This document shows, one piece after another, positions 52,908 through 62,188 of a stretch of 64,000 nt of DNA. Source of the stretch: Geopsychrobacteraceae bacterium. Its GTDB lineage: Bacteria > Desulfobacterota > Desulfuromonadia > Desulfuromonadales > Geopsychrobacteraceae. The position numbers and the translations under genes are program-made. The stretch covers positions 1,056,001-1,120,000 of the forward strand of contig CAXXTB010000001.1 of assembly GCA_963676795.2 (NCBI GenBank). The letters run 5' to 3'. Every line of letters begins with the position of its first letter. The first letter of the stretch is position 1. Below the pieces are notes generated by a model that was not told the origin of the DNA, did no database searches, and saw only the letters and a program-made list of their open reading frames with translations.

Positions 52908-53996
52908 ATGGCAGAAAAGGTTTACAATTTTGGTGCAGGCCCGGCAATGCTGCCGGAACCGGTCATGCGCAAGATTCAGCAGGAGTGGCTCGATTATCAG
53001 GGGATGGGGGTCTCTATTATTGAGATCAGCCACCGTTCCAAAGAGTTTGGGCTGGTTCTCGAACAAACCAAGGCATTGTTCCGTGAACTGTCCGGCCTGC
53101 CGGATAATTATCAGATCCTGTTTATCCATGGTGGGGCAAGGATGCAGTTCTCGGCGTTGCCGATGAACTTTGCCGGTCGCTCCGAGTCACGCAAGTGTCT
53201 CTATATCGAGAGCGGAAATTTTGCCAAGGTTGCCGCCAAAGATGCGCAGGAGCTGTGTCAGGTCAAGACGATCGCCAGCAGCGCGGCGACCGGTTATGAC
53301 CGGGTGCCCGAAGTTCCGTTGGAGCTGATCGACCAGGATGCGGCCTATCTGCACCTGACCGGTAACAACACGCTCTATGGGACGCGCTGGAATCGCTTCC
53401 CGGATGGCGGAAAGGTTCCGCTGGTCGCGGATATGACCTCGGAGCTGTTGTCGCGTGAGATTGATTACAATCAGTTCGGGGTTGTTTATGCCGGTCTGCA
53501 GAAGAATCTTGGCCCGTCGGGAATGGCCATGGTCATTGTTCGTGATGACCTGCTCGGTTGTGCCGACAAGCAGACGCCGATATTGCTCAACTACACTCAG
53601 GCCGCCAAGGATGATTCCCTGACCAATACCACCAATACCTTTGCAATTTATGCCATCAAGCTGGTTCTGGAATGGCTGAAGGAGCAGGGGGGCGTCTCTG
53701 CCATCGAGAAGATCAATGAGCAGAAGGCCGCACGGCTTTACGATGTTATTGACGCCAGTGATTTTTATCAGGCGGTGGCTCATCCAGGCCATCGCTCAAT
53801 TATGAATGTTACCTTCCGCCTGAAGAGCGAGGAACTGGAGAAGAAGTTCCTGGCTGAGGCCGAGGCCAGCGGGCTGTATGCTCTGCCGGGGCATCGCAGC
53901 GTCGGCGGGGTCCGGGCCTCGATCTACAACCCGATGCCGATGGCTGGTGTCGAAAAATTGGCTTCCTTCATGCGTGATTTCGAAGCGAAAAACTGA
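52908..53996 (+). CDS. serC: Phosphoserine aminotransferase
   Basis: YNFGAGPAMLP, EISHRS, ADMTS, QKNLGPSG, GHRSVGGVRASIYN. Confidence 0.97.
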   Translation: MAEKVYNFGAGPAMLPEPVMRKIQQEWLDYQGMGVSIIEISHRSKEFGLVLEQTKALFRELSGLPDNYQILFIHGGARMQFSALPMNFAGRSESRKCLYIESGNFAKVAAKDAQELCQVKTIASSAATGYDRVPEVPLELIDQDAAYLHLTGNNTLYGTRWNRFPDGGKVPLVADMTSELLSREIDYNQFGVVYAGLQKNLGPSGMAMVIVRDDLLGCADKQTPILLNYTQAAKDDSLTNTTNTFAIYAIKLVLEWLKEQGGVSAIEKINEQKAARLYDVIDASDFYQAVAHPGHRSIMNVTFRLKSEELEKKFLAEAEASGLYALPGHRSVGGVRASIYNPMPMAGVEKLASFMRDFEAKN

Positions 53997-54016
53997 GATT
54001 TGTCGGAAAAGTTAAC

Positions 54017-54052
54017 AAAAAAAGCTGAGAAGGTTGATTCTCAGCTTTTTTT
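54017..54052. terminator. Bidirectional terminator between serC and PilZ gene
   Basis: A7-GCTGAGAA-GGTTGA-TTCTCAGC-T7. Confidence 0.8.
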
Positions 54053-54062
54053 GTCAGTGTGG

Positions 54063-54443
54063 TCAGCTGGCAATTTTAAGCGGTGCAACGGTGAATCTGG
54101 CGATGAAGTCTTCAAGCTTCTGCAGTTTTTCTTGATCAAGCTCGCTGAAGCTGACACTGCCACGCCGCACCGGAACCAGGCTGTCCTGCAGTCGATAGTC
54201 GGAAACCGCTTTGATCGGGATGTCTTCGACAATCAGTTCGGCTTCATGGTAAAGGCTGATCTGGTCAATTTCGGAACGTTTGAGCTTTTGGCCAAGATAG
54301 CGGAAGGATAAACCACCAAGGCTGATATCGATGATGTGGTAAGGAAGAGTGTCCGGGCCACGATTGACCAAAACCAAAGCACGGTCGGCGGCCTTGAAAC
54401 GCTGATGGCTGCGTACAGGACTGTACAGGGGCTGGCTTTTCAT
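54063..54443 (-). CDS. Single-domain PilZ protein
   Basis: RSHQR (RxxxR) and DISLGG (DxSxGG) c-di-GMP motifs. Confidence 0.85.
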   Translation of the reverse strand: MKSQPLYSPVRSHQRFKAADRALVLVNRGPDTLPYHIIDISLGGLSFRYLGQKLKRSEIDQISLYHEAELIVEDIPIKAVSDYRLQDSLVPVRRGSVSFSELDQEKLQKLEDFIARFTVAPLKIAS

Positions 54444-54541
54444 TTGGACCTCCTTGGGCTGCTCAGCGGCTACGCGAGGGGGGCGTAGGATTAAATGTTA
54501 CTGTTATGCTGTGGTTTATTCTGTCATGTTGCCCATATTGA

Positions 54542-54557
54542 TGCAATCAATATGCCG
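54542..54557 (-). promoter_or_regulatory. Putative sigma54 promoter for PilZ gene
   Basis: Minus strand CGGCATATTGATTGCA = GG-N10-GC with TTGC. Confidence 0.55.
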
Positions 54558-54735
54558 TTAGATATCTATTAATTTTTGCCACTCCTTAATGTGAGACTAG
54601 CAACAAATTGATATGAATAAATGTTTGGTCTTGATGTTTGCTGTTTGCGGATTGTATCTGGCCCTGTTTCGATTATGTTAAATCTTATGAGGGTGTCGAA
54701 TAAGTCGAAACTGTCGGTTTTTTTGACATAAATCT

Positions 54736-55665
54736 ATGATGAGACTGCGCTATCCATATTTTTTCTATCTGCTCTTTGGGCTGGCCAGCTGCTGCGCCGT
54801 TTTGCTCTTCGTCGGCGGGCCGGGCGGAGATTCCGGACGGGTTTTCGGCTCTGTCTGGGAGCTGGGGCATATCGTCTGTTTCGGGCTCTGGGCATTTCTC
54901 TATGCCTATTGGCGCAAGGACAGTCGATTCCTTCCTCTGTTGATTGTCGCCCTGCTTTTTACCTTTCTGATCGGTGGTGCTGTTGAGCTGATCCAGACTC
55001 AGATCGGCAGGGATGGTGACTGGCTCGATCTTTGTCATGACCTGATCGGGGCTCTGGTGGGGATTCTGGTCTACTGCTGGGGCTGGCAGAACACAGCCAG
55101 GCGTACCCTTGTTCTGTTTTCAGCCGTTGCTCTCGGACTGCTGGTCTGGAGTTTCGTTCCGTTAGCAAGGGTGGTTTACGACGAGTCTGTCGAATGGCGT
55201 CAGTTCCCGCTGCTCTGCGGATTTGAGACACCGCTGGAAATAACTCGCTGGAGTGGCAGCGCTGTCCGTTCAGTTGACACCGGGGTCGCCTTCAGTGGCA
55301 CCCGTTCCATGCGCGTCGAATTGTCCACCCAGCGTTATTCGGGGCTGGGGCTTGGGGATTTCAGCCGCAGCTGGGAGGGGTTCCGCTATGTTGAATTACA
55401 GGTCTATAATCCTGAAAAGGAGCAGTTGCTCCTGTATTTCAGGATTCACGACCGGCAGCATGACAATGCCTATACGGACCGCTATAATAGCAGCTTCAGT
55501 CTGCATCAAGGCTGGAACCAGCTCATGGTGCCACTTGCCGCTGTGCGCCAGGCACCGCGCAGCAGGGAGCTCGACTTGAATGAGGTGGCCGGGCTCGGTA
55601 TCTTTGTCGGCAAACTTGAACGTTCCAGAGTGATTTATATCGATGATGTCCGCCTGCTTCCTTGA
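54736..55665 (+). CDS. VanZ-family membrane protein with C-terminal carbohydrate-binding-like domain
   Basis: GHIVCFG, ELIQTQIGRDGDWLDL..DLIG; beta-rich C-domain ending IYIDDVRL. Confidence 0.7.
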   Translation: MMRLRYPYFFYLLFGLASCCAVLLFVGGPGGDSGRVFGSVWELGHIVCFGLWAFLYAYWRKDSRFLPLLIVALLFTFLIGGAVELIQTQIGRDGDWLDLCHDLIGALVGILVYCWGWQNTARRTLVLFSAVALGLLVWSFVPLARVVYDESVEWRQFPLLCGFETPLEITRWSGSAVRSVDTGVAFSGTRSMRVELSTQRYSGLGLGDFSRSWEGFRYVELQVYNPEKEQLLLYFRIHDRQHDNAYTDRYNSSFSLHQGWNQLMVPLAAVRQAPRSRELDLNEVAGLGIFVGKLERSRVIYIDDVRLLP

Positions 55666-55775
55666 ATTTTATGCAAGCTTTTTTCGAAGATTGACATTGG
55701 CGGAATATCCGCCTAAAATCCGCCTTTTTCACGCATTTTGTTCATCGCAGATCTACGACGATAGAAAGGTCGAGT

Positions 55776-57368
55776 ATGAAAGTCTTAATTACCGACGAAA
55801 TTTCCGATAACGGGCTTGCCCCTCTGCTTGAAGATCCGCGGATTACTATTGATCGCAAGCTCGGTCTGTCGACTGAGGAGCTGCATCAGGTTATCGGCGA
55901 ATATGAAGCGATCATTACCCGTAGTGGGACCAATGTCGATCAGGCCCTGCTTGATCATGCCCACAGTCTGAAGATTGTTGCCCGTGCCGGAGTCGGTATC
56001 GACAATGTCGATGTCGACGCAGCCAGCAGCAAGGGGATCATCGTTGTCAACGCACCATACGGCAACGTCAATTCAGCTGCTGAGCACACCATGGCTATTC
56101 TGCTGTCGATGTGCCGCAATGTTCCGGTGGCCAACGCCAGCCTCAAGGGCGGTGACTGGAAACGCGCTCCTTTTACAGGTCGTGAGTTGAAAGGCAAAAC
56201 AGTCGGAATTATCGGGCTGGGTAAGGTCGGTGGCCGGGTTGCAACCCGCTGTCGGGCTTTCGAGGCGGAGGTCATCACCTACGATCCCTATATTTCCGAG
56301 AAACGTGCCGACGATTTCGGCGTCAAGCTGGTTCCGCTTGAAGACATCATTCGTTTTTCCGACATCATTACCGTGCATACCCCGCTCAACGATGAGACCC
56401 GTAATATGATTACAGCGGAGCACTTCGAGGGGATGAAGGACGGCGTGCTGATCGTCAACTGTGCACGTGGCGGTATCATCAACGAAGCAGACATGCTGGC
56501 AGCCCTTGACAGTGGCAAGTGCGCTGCTGCAGCGTTCGATGTCTGGAGCGAGGAGCCGCCAAAGAGCGAGACTCTGAAGAAGCTGATCGCGCATCCGAAC
56601 ATGCTGGTCACTCCGCACCTGGGCGCCAATACCTTTGAAGCGCAGAAGAATGTTGCGGTTGACGTCAGCAAGGAGCTGGTCAACTATCTTGACGGCCGTC
56701 CGCTCGAAGCTGCTGTCAATATCCCGCGTTTCGATCCGGACCTGATGGAGCACATGAAGCCGTTCATGAAGCTGGTTTCGATCCTGGGCAATTTTATCTC
56801 CCAGCTGGCTCCGCCGAACCCGAATAAGGTCACCTTTACCTACAACGGCAAGCTGGCCCGTTTTGACTGCGCTCCGCTGAGCGTCTGCGGCCTGGCGGCA
56901 CTGCTCAACCACTGCACCGAGCAGGAAGTCAACCTGGTCAATGCGACCCTGATTGCCCGCGACATGGGGATTGACTACGAGTCGATCCGTTCGACGGAAA
57001 CCGAATCCTTCTCCAATCTGATCACCATCTCGCTGGAGAGCCCGGAAGGGAAGCGGACCATCGCCGGGACCCTGTTCGAGGGAATGCCGCGGATTGTCAA
57101 GATGCGCAACTTCCCGATCGATTTCCAGCCGGAAGAGCATATGCTGGTTGTCAACTACGAAGATCGTCCGGGACTGATCGGCAAGATCGGTACCATCCTC
57201 GGTGAGGCGGGTGTCAACATCGGCAACATGAATCTCGGCCGGACTGAAAAGGCCGGTGAGGCGATGGTCGTTCTGTCTGTCGATTCGCTGGTGTCCGAAG
57301 AAATCCTGAACAAGGTCAGTGACGCTGTTGCTGCGCGCTTCATCAAGGCGGTGCATGTACAGGGCTGA
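55776..57368 (+). CDS. serA: D-3-phosphoglycerate dehydrogenase (ASB + ACT domains)
   Basis: RAGVGIDNVD, GLGKVG, NCARGG, TPHLGA, DRPGLIG ACT. Confidence 0.97.
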   Translation: MKVLITDEISDNGLAPLLEDPRITIDRKLGLSTEELHQVIGEYEAIITRSGTNVDQALLDHAHSLKIVARAGVGIDNVDVDAASSKGIIVVNAPYGNVNSAAEHTMAILLSMCRNVPVANASLKGGDWKRAPFTGRELKGKTVGIIGLGKVGGRVATRCRAFEAEVITYDPYISEKRADDFGVKLVPLEDIIRFSDIITVHTPLNDETRNMITAEHFEGMKDGVLIVNCARGGIINEADMLAALDSGKCAAAAFDVWSEEPPKSETLKKLIAHPNMLVTPHLGANTFEAQKNVAVDVSKELVNYLDGRPLEAAVNIPRFDPDLMEHMKPFMKLVSILGNFISQLAPPNPNKVTFTYNGKLARFDCAPLSVCGLAALLNHCTEQEVNLVNATLIARDMGIDYESIRSTETESFSNLITISLESPEGKRTIAGTLFEGMPRIVKMRNFPIDFQPEEHMLVVNYEDRPGLIGKIGTILGEAGVNIGNMNLGRTEKAGEAMVVLSVDSLVSEEILNKVSDAVAARFIKAVHVQG

Positions 57369-57388
57369 AGTTTAAGCTCCTGAATGAT

Positions 57389-57420
57389 AAGAAGGCGGTC
57401 AGCGATGACCGCCTTTTTTT
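57389..57420. terminator. Terminator between serA and mqnD
   Basis: AAGGCGGTCA-GCGA-TGACCGCCTT + T-run. Confidence 0.8.
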
Positions 57421-58252
57421 ATGCGCAGAACAGGGGCTGAGATGAGGGCGGAATCAGGCCGCGCTGCTCGGCCCTGAGTAGTAAGGTCTCGACCGCAGCA
57501 ATCCCCTGCGGGCCGAGGTCGAGAGAGAAATCGTTGACGTAGAGGCCGATGTGGCTGTTGATGACGCTGGTCTCCAGCTCCTGGGCATGGGCTCTGATGT
57601 AATCTGCAGTTTTCAGGGGATTACGCCGGGCATAGATCAGACTCTGACGTATCGCTTCTTCAATGGCAAGGATCAGCGTCTTGCCGAGGCTGCGTCTGGC
57701 CAGTATTCCGCCGAGCGGAATCGGGCAACCGGTTTCCGTTTCCCACCATTCGCCGAGATCCTGGACCTTGGAAAAGCCATGCTGCTGGTAGGTGAAGCGG
57801 GATTCGTGGATAATGACCCCGGCGTCGACATTCCCCTGCTTGAGTGCCGGCATGATCTGGTCAAAAGGCATAATCTGGGTTTCCTCATAGCCTTCACCAT
57901 AGAGTTGCAGGAGCAGGTTAGCCGTTGTCAACTGACCGGGAATAGCAATTTTTTTACCACGCAACCTGGCCATATCGGTGTCTTCTCTGGCGATGACCAG
58001 CGGGCCGCAGTTTCGGCCTAACGCCCCTCCACTACGCAGCAGGACATAGTCATCGCGCAGGTGGCCAAATGCGTGATAGGAGATTTTGGTCAGGTCGAGA
58101 GCACAGTTCAGGGCCAGTTGGTTGAGGGTTTCGACATCTTCCAGGCGTTCTTTGATGCTGACCCCGGGGCAGGGGATGAGGCCATGCACCAGGGCGTAAA
58201 AGATGAAGGTGTCGTTCGGACAGGGGGAGTATCCAAGGGAAAGTTTCTGCAT
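57419..58252 (-). CDS. mqnD: 1,4-dihydroxy-6-naphthoate synthase
   Basis: GYSPCPNDTFIF, DVETLN, GGALGR.CGP, IIHESRFTY, PIPLG, HI.LYVN. Confidence 0.95.
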   Translation of the reverse strand: MQKLSLGYSPCPNDTFIFYALVHGLIPCPGVSIKERLEDVETLNQLALNCALDLTKISYHAFGHLRDDYVLLRSGGALGRNCGPLVIAREDTDMARLRGKKIAIPGQLTTANLLLQLYGEGYEETQIMPFDQIMPALKQGNVDAGVIIHESRFTYQQHGFSKVQDLGEWWETETGCPIPLGGILARRSLGKTLILAIEEAIRQSLIYARRNPLKTADYIRAHAQELETSVINSHIGLYVNDFSLDLGPQGIAAVETLLLRAEQRGLIPPSSQPLFCA

Positions 58253-58255
58253 TTT

Positions 58256-58972
58256 TTACCTGCTGATAGGCGGCCATTCCTGAAGCAGTTTCAGGAGAGC
58301 CTGTTGGGCGCTCTCCGCGCCAAGTTTGAGGTCCCACTGGCTGCTGTCTCGGGTTCCGGTCGGGTTCGATATGCCGCGCAGTTCAAGCATGGGGATGTTG
58401 AAGAGCTGGCACAGCTTAGCGACCGCCGCACCTTCCATGTTTTCACAGATTCCGCCGGTCCGGGCTTGCAGCTGCTCGCTGAGGGCAGTATTGCCGCTGC
58501 AGCAATTAACCGTAACGAAGGGGCCGCATTTGGCCTGTGGCAGGGCTGTCTTTGCCCAGTCCAGCAGTACGCTGCTGAGTTCGATGGTCGGTTCTGTTGG
58601 TGGGCAGAACTCCGGGCGCTGGGGGATCCCCATCTCTGTAAGCGGTATGAATTCTTCTGTGGTCTGGCTGCCCAGGTCGCCAAAGGTTTCACTGCTGGCC
58701 AGGGCGATATCTCCCTGGTGCAGGTCGGAGCCCGGGTAGGCGCCGCCGCAGCCGAACAGGATCAGCTTGCGGATCGGCCAGTGTGAGAGCAGGCGCGTAG
58801 CCTGGATTGCCATCGTCGCAGTTCCGATGCCGCCGTGGGCAAGCAGCAGCTTGTTGCCGCCGGTATAGCCTTCAAAGGTCAGGTAGGGAAAGGTCTCGGC
58901 GATGTCGCTGCTCTGAAGCTGCCGGCGGATGAGACCTGTCTCCAATGGTGCGGCGGCGAGAAGGAGGATCAT
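58256..58972 (-). CDS. mqnB: Futalosine hydrolase
   Basis: PNP/MTAN fold: G.GGAY, FVTVN.CSG, ENMEGAAVA, ELRGISN..G.RD..W; adjacent to mqnD. Confidence 0.88.
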   Translation of the reverse strand: MILLLAAAPLETGLIRRQLQSSDIAETFPYLTFEGYTGGNKLLLAHGGIGTATMAIQATRLLSHWPIRKLILFGCGGAYPGSDLHQGDIALASSETFGDLGSQTTEEFIPLTEMGIPQRPEFCPPTEPTIELSSVLLDWAKTALPQAKCGPFVTVNCCSGNTALSEQLQARTGGICENMEGAAVAKLCQLFNIPMLELRGISNPTGTRDSSQWDLKLGAESAQQALLKLLQEWPPISR

Positions 58973-58975
58973 CGG

Positions 58976-60067
58976 CTAGCGGTTGAACCAGCCGTGGCGG
59001 ATCAGGTCGCGGCGCAGTTCTGTCCCCTGGTTTTTGATGATCCCCTGGTACCAGAAGCGCTCGTTTTGCAGCTGCATCTCCCCGGCGGGATCCAGACGTT
59101 TGCTATTGTCCGTCAGGATGCGTTGAAAATCGCTGTCCGCCTCAAGAACAATATTGCGGATCTTGTCGGAAAGGGGGTCAGGCGCCGCTTCAATGACCAG
59201 TTGAATGGCATCGCGTATTTTCAGGCCCTGTCGATATTCCCAGAGGTCGCCATCAAAGCCGTCTTCGCACTCGTTGACAAAATCGCTCCAGTCGAGCAGC
59301 AGTCCGCCGAATTCAAAATTAGCCAGCTCGTGATCAGGAATCTTTGCCTGAACCAGCTCGCTGATCTGTTCCTGTTCTTTTCTGGTCAGGAAAAATGAAA
59401 GCCCTTCTTCAACTTCATACATGTCGAGCATGTCGACAAGGTCGCTGCAGAACTGCGCTGAGTCGAGGTCGCTGGTTGAGAAGCGTTTCAGGTCTGCCGG
59501 GAGTTGCTTTTTGGGCAGCCCGAGCAGGGCCACATGATCATGACCGAAATCTGCTGAGAGGATCAGCGGTGAACGGTGGGTAATTCTGTGTTTGTGCAGA
59601 AATGTACTGAGACGCAGGTGGTTATCGGTAAAAAATGTCAGCACTTTTTCTTCCGAGCAGAAGAATTCAAGCCCTTTGCGGTTGTTCGCCAGGCCGAAGC
59701 CGACAAAGCCGTCGTGAACCATACGGCTCAGATAGGGAGCGATGGTTCTGAGGATCAACTCGGTCGGTAGATAAGGCGAATAGAAGACGCAGGGAGCAGG
59801 TCGTTCGGTAGATCCGCTGGGGCGCAATAGCAGGGATTCATCTGGATAGAATTCCAGGATGAAGAACGCTTCCTCCGGGAGGTGGGTCGCGAAGTCGCTG
59901 AAAATTGTCCCGATCTTTGACGCTGTTGCAGCCACGGTGAAGCGGTAGGCATTATCGCAATCGTCCAGCAGGCTGAACTCAAACCCTTCGGCCTGGTGCA
60001 AAGCTCCAGCTCCTGAATGGTTCCAGCGGCGCAGGCCGACAGGGAGCTCGAAATGATTGATCTGCAT
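58976..60067 (-). CDS. Hypothetical protein (start uncertain; ORF open to 60199)
   Basis: Long ORF with coding-like composition, 3 nt from mqnB start. Confidence 0.75.
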   Translation of the reverse strand: MQINHFELPVGLRRWNHSGAGALHQAEGFEFSLLDDCDNAYRFTVAATASKIGTIFSDFATHLPEEAFFILEFYPDESLLLRPSGSTERPAPCVFYSPYLPTELILRTIAPYLSRMVHDGFVGFGLANNRKGLEFFCSEEKVLTFFTDNHLRLSTFLHKHRITHRSPLILSADFGHDHVALLGLPKKQLPADLKRFSTSDLDSAQFCSDLVDMLDMYEVEEGLSFFLTRKEQEQISELVQAKIPDHELANFEFGGLLLDWSDFVNECEDGFDGDLWEYRQGLKIRDAIQLVIEAAPDPLSDKIRNIVLEADSDFQRILTDNSKRLDPAGEMQLQNERFWYQGIIKNQGTELRRDLIRHGWFNR

Positions 60068-60341
60068 CGTGTTCAATTGTCCTTGGTGTTGAAACGGGTT
60101 GAAACGCCAGTGAGGCCGGCGGTTGGCAGCCATCATATCATAATTGGCTTGGACGTGGTTCATTTCTGGCAATTCAGGAATGAGAAATTGACTGACCAAC
60201 CGGCGTTACAATAGGATGAAATATACATTTTTTTGAAGATGAAGAAAATTTAAAAATTTATGATTAGGTCCTTGATATGAGACTTTTTAAATGATATACA
60301 AAGTTGTCTAATTCCAATTAAATCAATAAAGGAGCCCGTCT

Positions 60342-60836
60342 ATGCTTGGCCCCCAATCCTCTTTAGTGATGTACGATGAGGAATACCAGAGAATACTGGT
60401 GTTGCTGGAAAAACTTCTTCGTGAAGCGAACTCGAAAGTTGTTTTTCTGGTCGATAAGAATGGCCAGTTAATCGCTTCCAGCGGAGAAACGGCAAATCTG
60501 GATACGACCAGTCTGGCATCATTGACCGCTGGTAATATCGCGGCAACCGGCGGATTGGCCAAGCTGATTGGTGAAAAGGAATTCTCCATCCTCTTTCACG
60601 AGGGGGAAAAGGACAATATCCACATATCGATCGTTGGTGGCCGGGTCATCCTGGTGGTCATTTTCGATCAGCGCAGTTCTCTTGGCCTGGTGCGCCTGCG
60701 GGTCAAGAAGGCCAGTATTGAGTTGGCGATGATTTTCGAAGAACTGGCATTCAAGGCGACCGAACAGGCCGGCAAAAATGTGGCAAGTCCGTTTGCGGAA
60801 ATTACTGACGACGATATCGACAACCTCTTCAACTAA
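60342..60836 (+). CDS. mglB: Roadblock/LC7 protein MglB
   Basis: LVDKNGQLIA, SLASLTAGNIAATGGLAKLIGE.EF, SSLGLVRLRVKK, FAEITDDDIDNLF. Confidence 0.95.
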   Translation: MLGPQSSLVMYDEEYQRILVLLEKLLREANSKVVFLVDKNGQLIASSGETANLDTTSLASLTAGNIAATGGLAKLIGEKEFSILFHEGEKDNIHISIVGGRVILVVIFDQRSSLGLVRLRVKKASIELAMIFEELAFKATEQAGKNVASPFAEITDDDIDNLFN

Positions 60837-60851
60837 AGCAGGGTTTGCAGG

Positions 60852-61439
60852 ATGTCCTTTATAAATTACGCATCTCGAGAAATTAACTGTAAGATTGTTT
60901 ATTACGGACCGGGTCTGTGCGGTAAGACGACCAACCTGCAATATGTCTACAACAAGACTGCTGAAGAAGCCAAGGGGAAGATGATCTCACTGGCGACTGA
61001 AACCGAGCGGACCCTGTTCTTCGATTTTCTGCCCCTTGCTCTGGGGGAGATCCGGGGGTTCAAGACCCGTTTTCATCTCTACACCGTGCCAGGGCAGGTC
61101 TTTTACGACGCGTCACGGAAGCTGATCCTCAAGGGGGTTGACGGCGTTGTTTTTGTTGCCGACTCTCAGGAAGAGCGTCTTGATGCCAACATCGAGAGCC
61201 TGGAGAATCTCAAGGACAACCTTGAAGAGCAGGGGTTTGACATTGAGAAGATTCCTTTTGTCATCCAGTATAATAAGCGAGATCTGCCTAATGTCACCTC
61301 GGTTGAAGAGTTGAGCAGTCTGTTGAATCCGCGTAAGGTGCCGGAATTGGAGGCTTGTGCCACGACCGGTGAAGGTGTTTTTGAGACGCTCAAGGCGGTT
61401 GCCAAGCTGGTTCTGAACGATCTGAAAAAAGGCGGCTGA
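60852..61439 (+). CDS. mglA: Small Ras-like GTPase MglA
   Basis: [39 protein letters not shown]. Confidence 0.97.
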   Translation: MSFINYASREINCKIVYYGPGLCGKTTNLQYVYNKTAEEAKGKMISLATETERTLFFDFLPLALGEIRGFKTRFHLYTVPGQVFYDASRKLILKGVDGVVFVADSQEERLDANIESLENLKDNLEEQGFDIEKIPFVIQYNKRDLPNVTSVEELSSLLNPRKVPELEACATTGEGVFETLKAVAKLVLNDLKKGG

Positions 61440-61458
61440 AAAAAATAAGAAAAAGGTG

Positions 61459-61487
61459 TTGACAGTCGGGAGCTATTTCCATATATT
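61459..61487 (+). promoter_or_regulatory. sigma70 promoter of tRNA-Asn copy 1
   Basis: TTGACA-17 nt-TATATT. Confidence 0.75.
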
Positions 61488-61505
61488 CCCTTCCCGCACC
61501 AACAT

Positions 61506-61581
61506 TCCCTCTTAGCTCAGTTGGCAGAGCATCTGACTGTTAATCAGATTGTCGCTGGTTCGAGCCCAGCAGAGGGAGCCA
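61506..61581 (+). tRNA. tRNA-Asn(GTT) copy 1
   Basis: TCCCTCT..AGAGGGA acceptor stem, TCTGA-CTGTTAA-TCAGA anticodon arm, TTCGAGC T-loop, CCA. Confidence 0.97.
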
Positions 61582-61728
61582 TAAAAATCCAGAAGCGAGT
61601 TAACCACAAGGTTGCTCGCTTTTGTTTTTCAAATCTCCTTTACGTCAGCTGTTCACCGCTCTCTGATAAAACTCACGGCGCTATTTCACCAGAATCGGCA
61701 GATTTGCAGCGAGAGTTTCGAAACATTG

Positions 61729-61757
61729 TTGACAGTTGCCGCATATTTCCCTATATT
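61729..61757 (+). promoter_or_regulatory. sigma70 promoter of tRNA-Asn copy 2
   Basis: TTGACA-17 nt-TATATT. Confidence 0.75.
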
Positions 61758-61775
61758 CCGTTTCCGCACCGACAT

Positions 61776-61851
61776 TCCCTCTTAGCTCAGTTGGCAGAGC
61801 ATCTGACTGTTAATCAGATTGTCGCTGGTTCGAGCCCAGCAGAGGGAGCCA
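61776..61851 (+). tRNA. tRNA-Asn(GTT) copy 2
   Basis: Identical to copy 1, 270 nt offset. Confidence 0.97.
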
Positions 61852-62188
61852 TAAAAATCCAAAAGCGAGTTAACCACAAGGTTGCTCGCTTTTGTTTTTT
61901 CAGATTTCTGCTTTTCCGATCTCTGCTCCTGCGGATATTTCCCGTTTTAAATCATTTTGTTGTTGAAATTACGTAGAAAATGTTGATTGTTGGCCTTCTT
62001 TAATTTATGATGTTGATCTTGCCATAATCTGCATGTTTTTGAAGCCTCTGAGTTATCGAAGCTTGCAGGCTGTCAGTGTGGTAGTGAAACGTTCATTTCA
62101 GATCTGCATAGGGGCAGGTTTGAAACAAAAATGGTGGAGGGGAGGTTCTTGGGGGGATCCCGAGACCTATTTTTCTGAAAGGTACGTC

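Noticed and set aside
54538..54550. FNR-like TTGAT...ATCAA site
   Set aside because: The spacer is 3 nt rather than the 4 required; kept only as an unassigned dyad.
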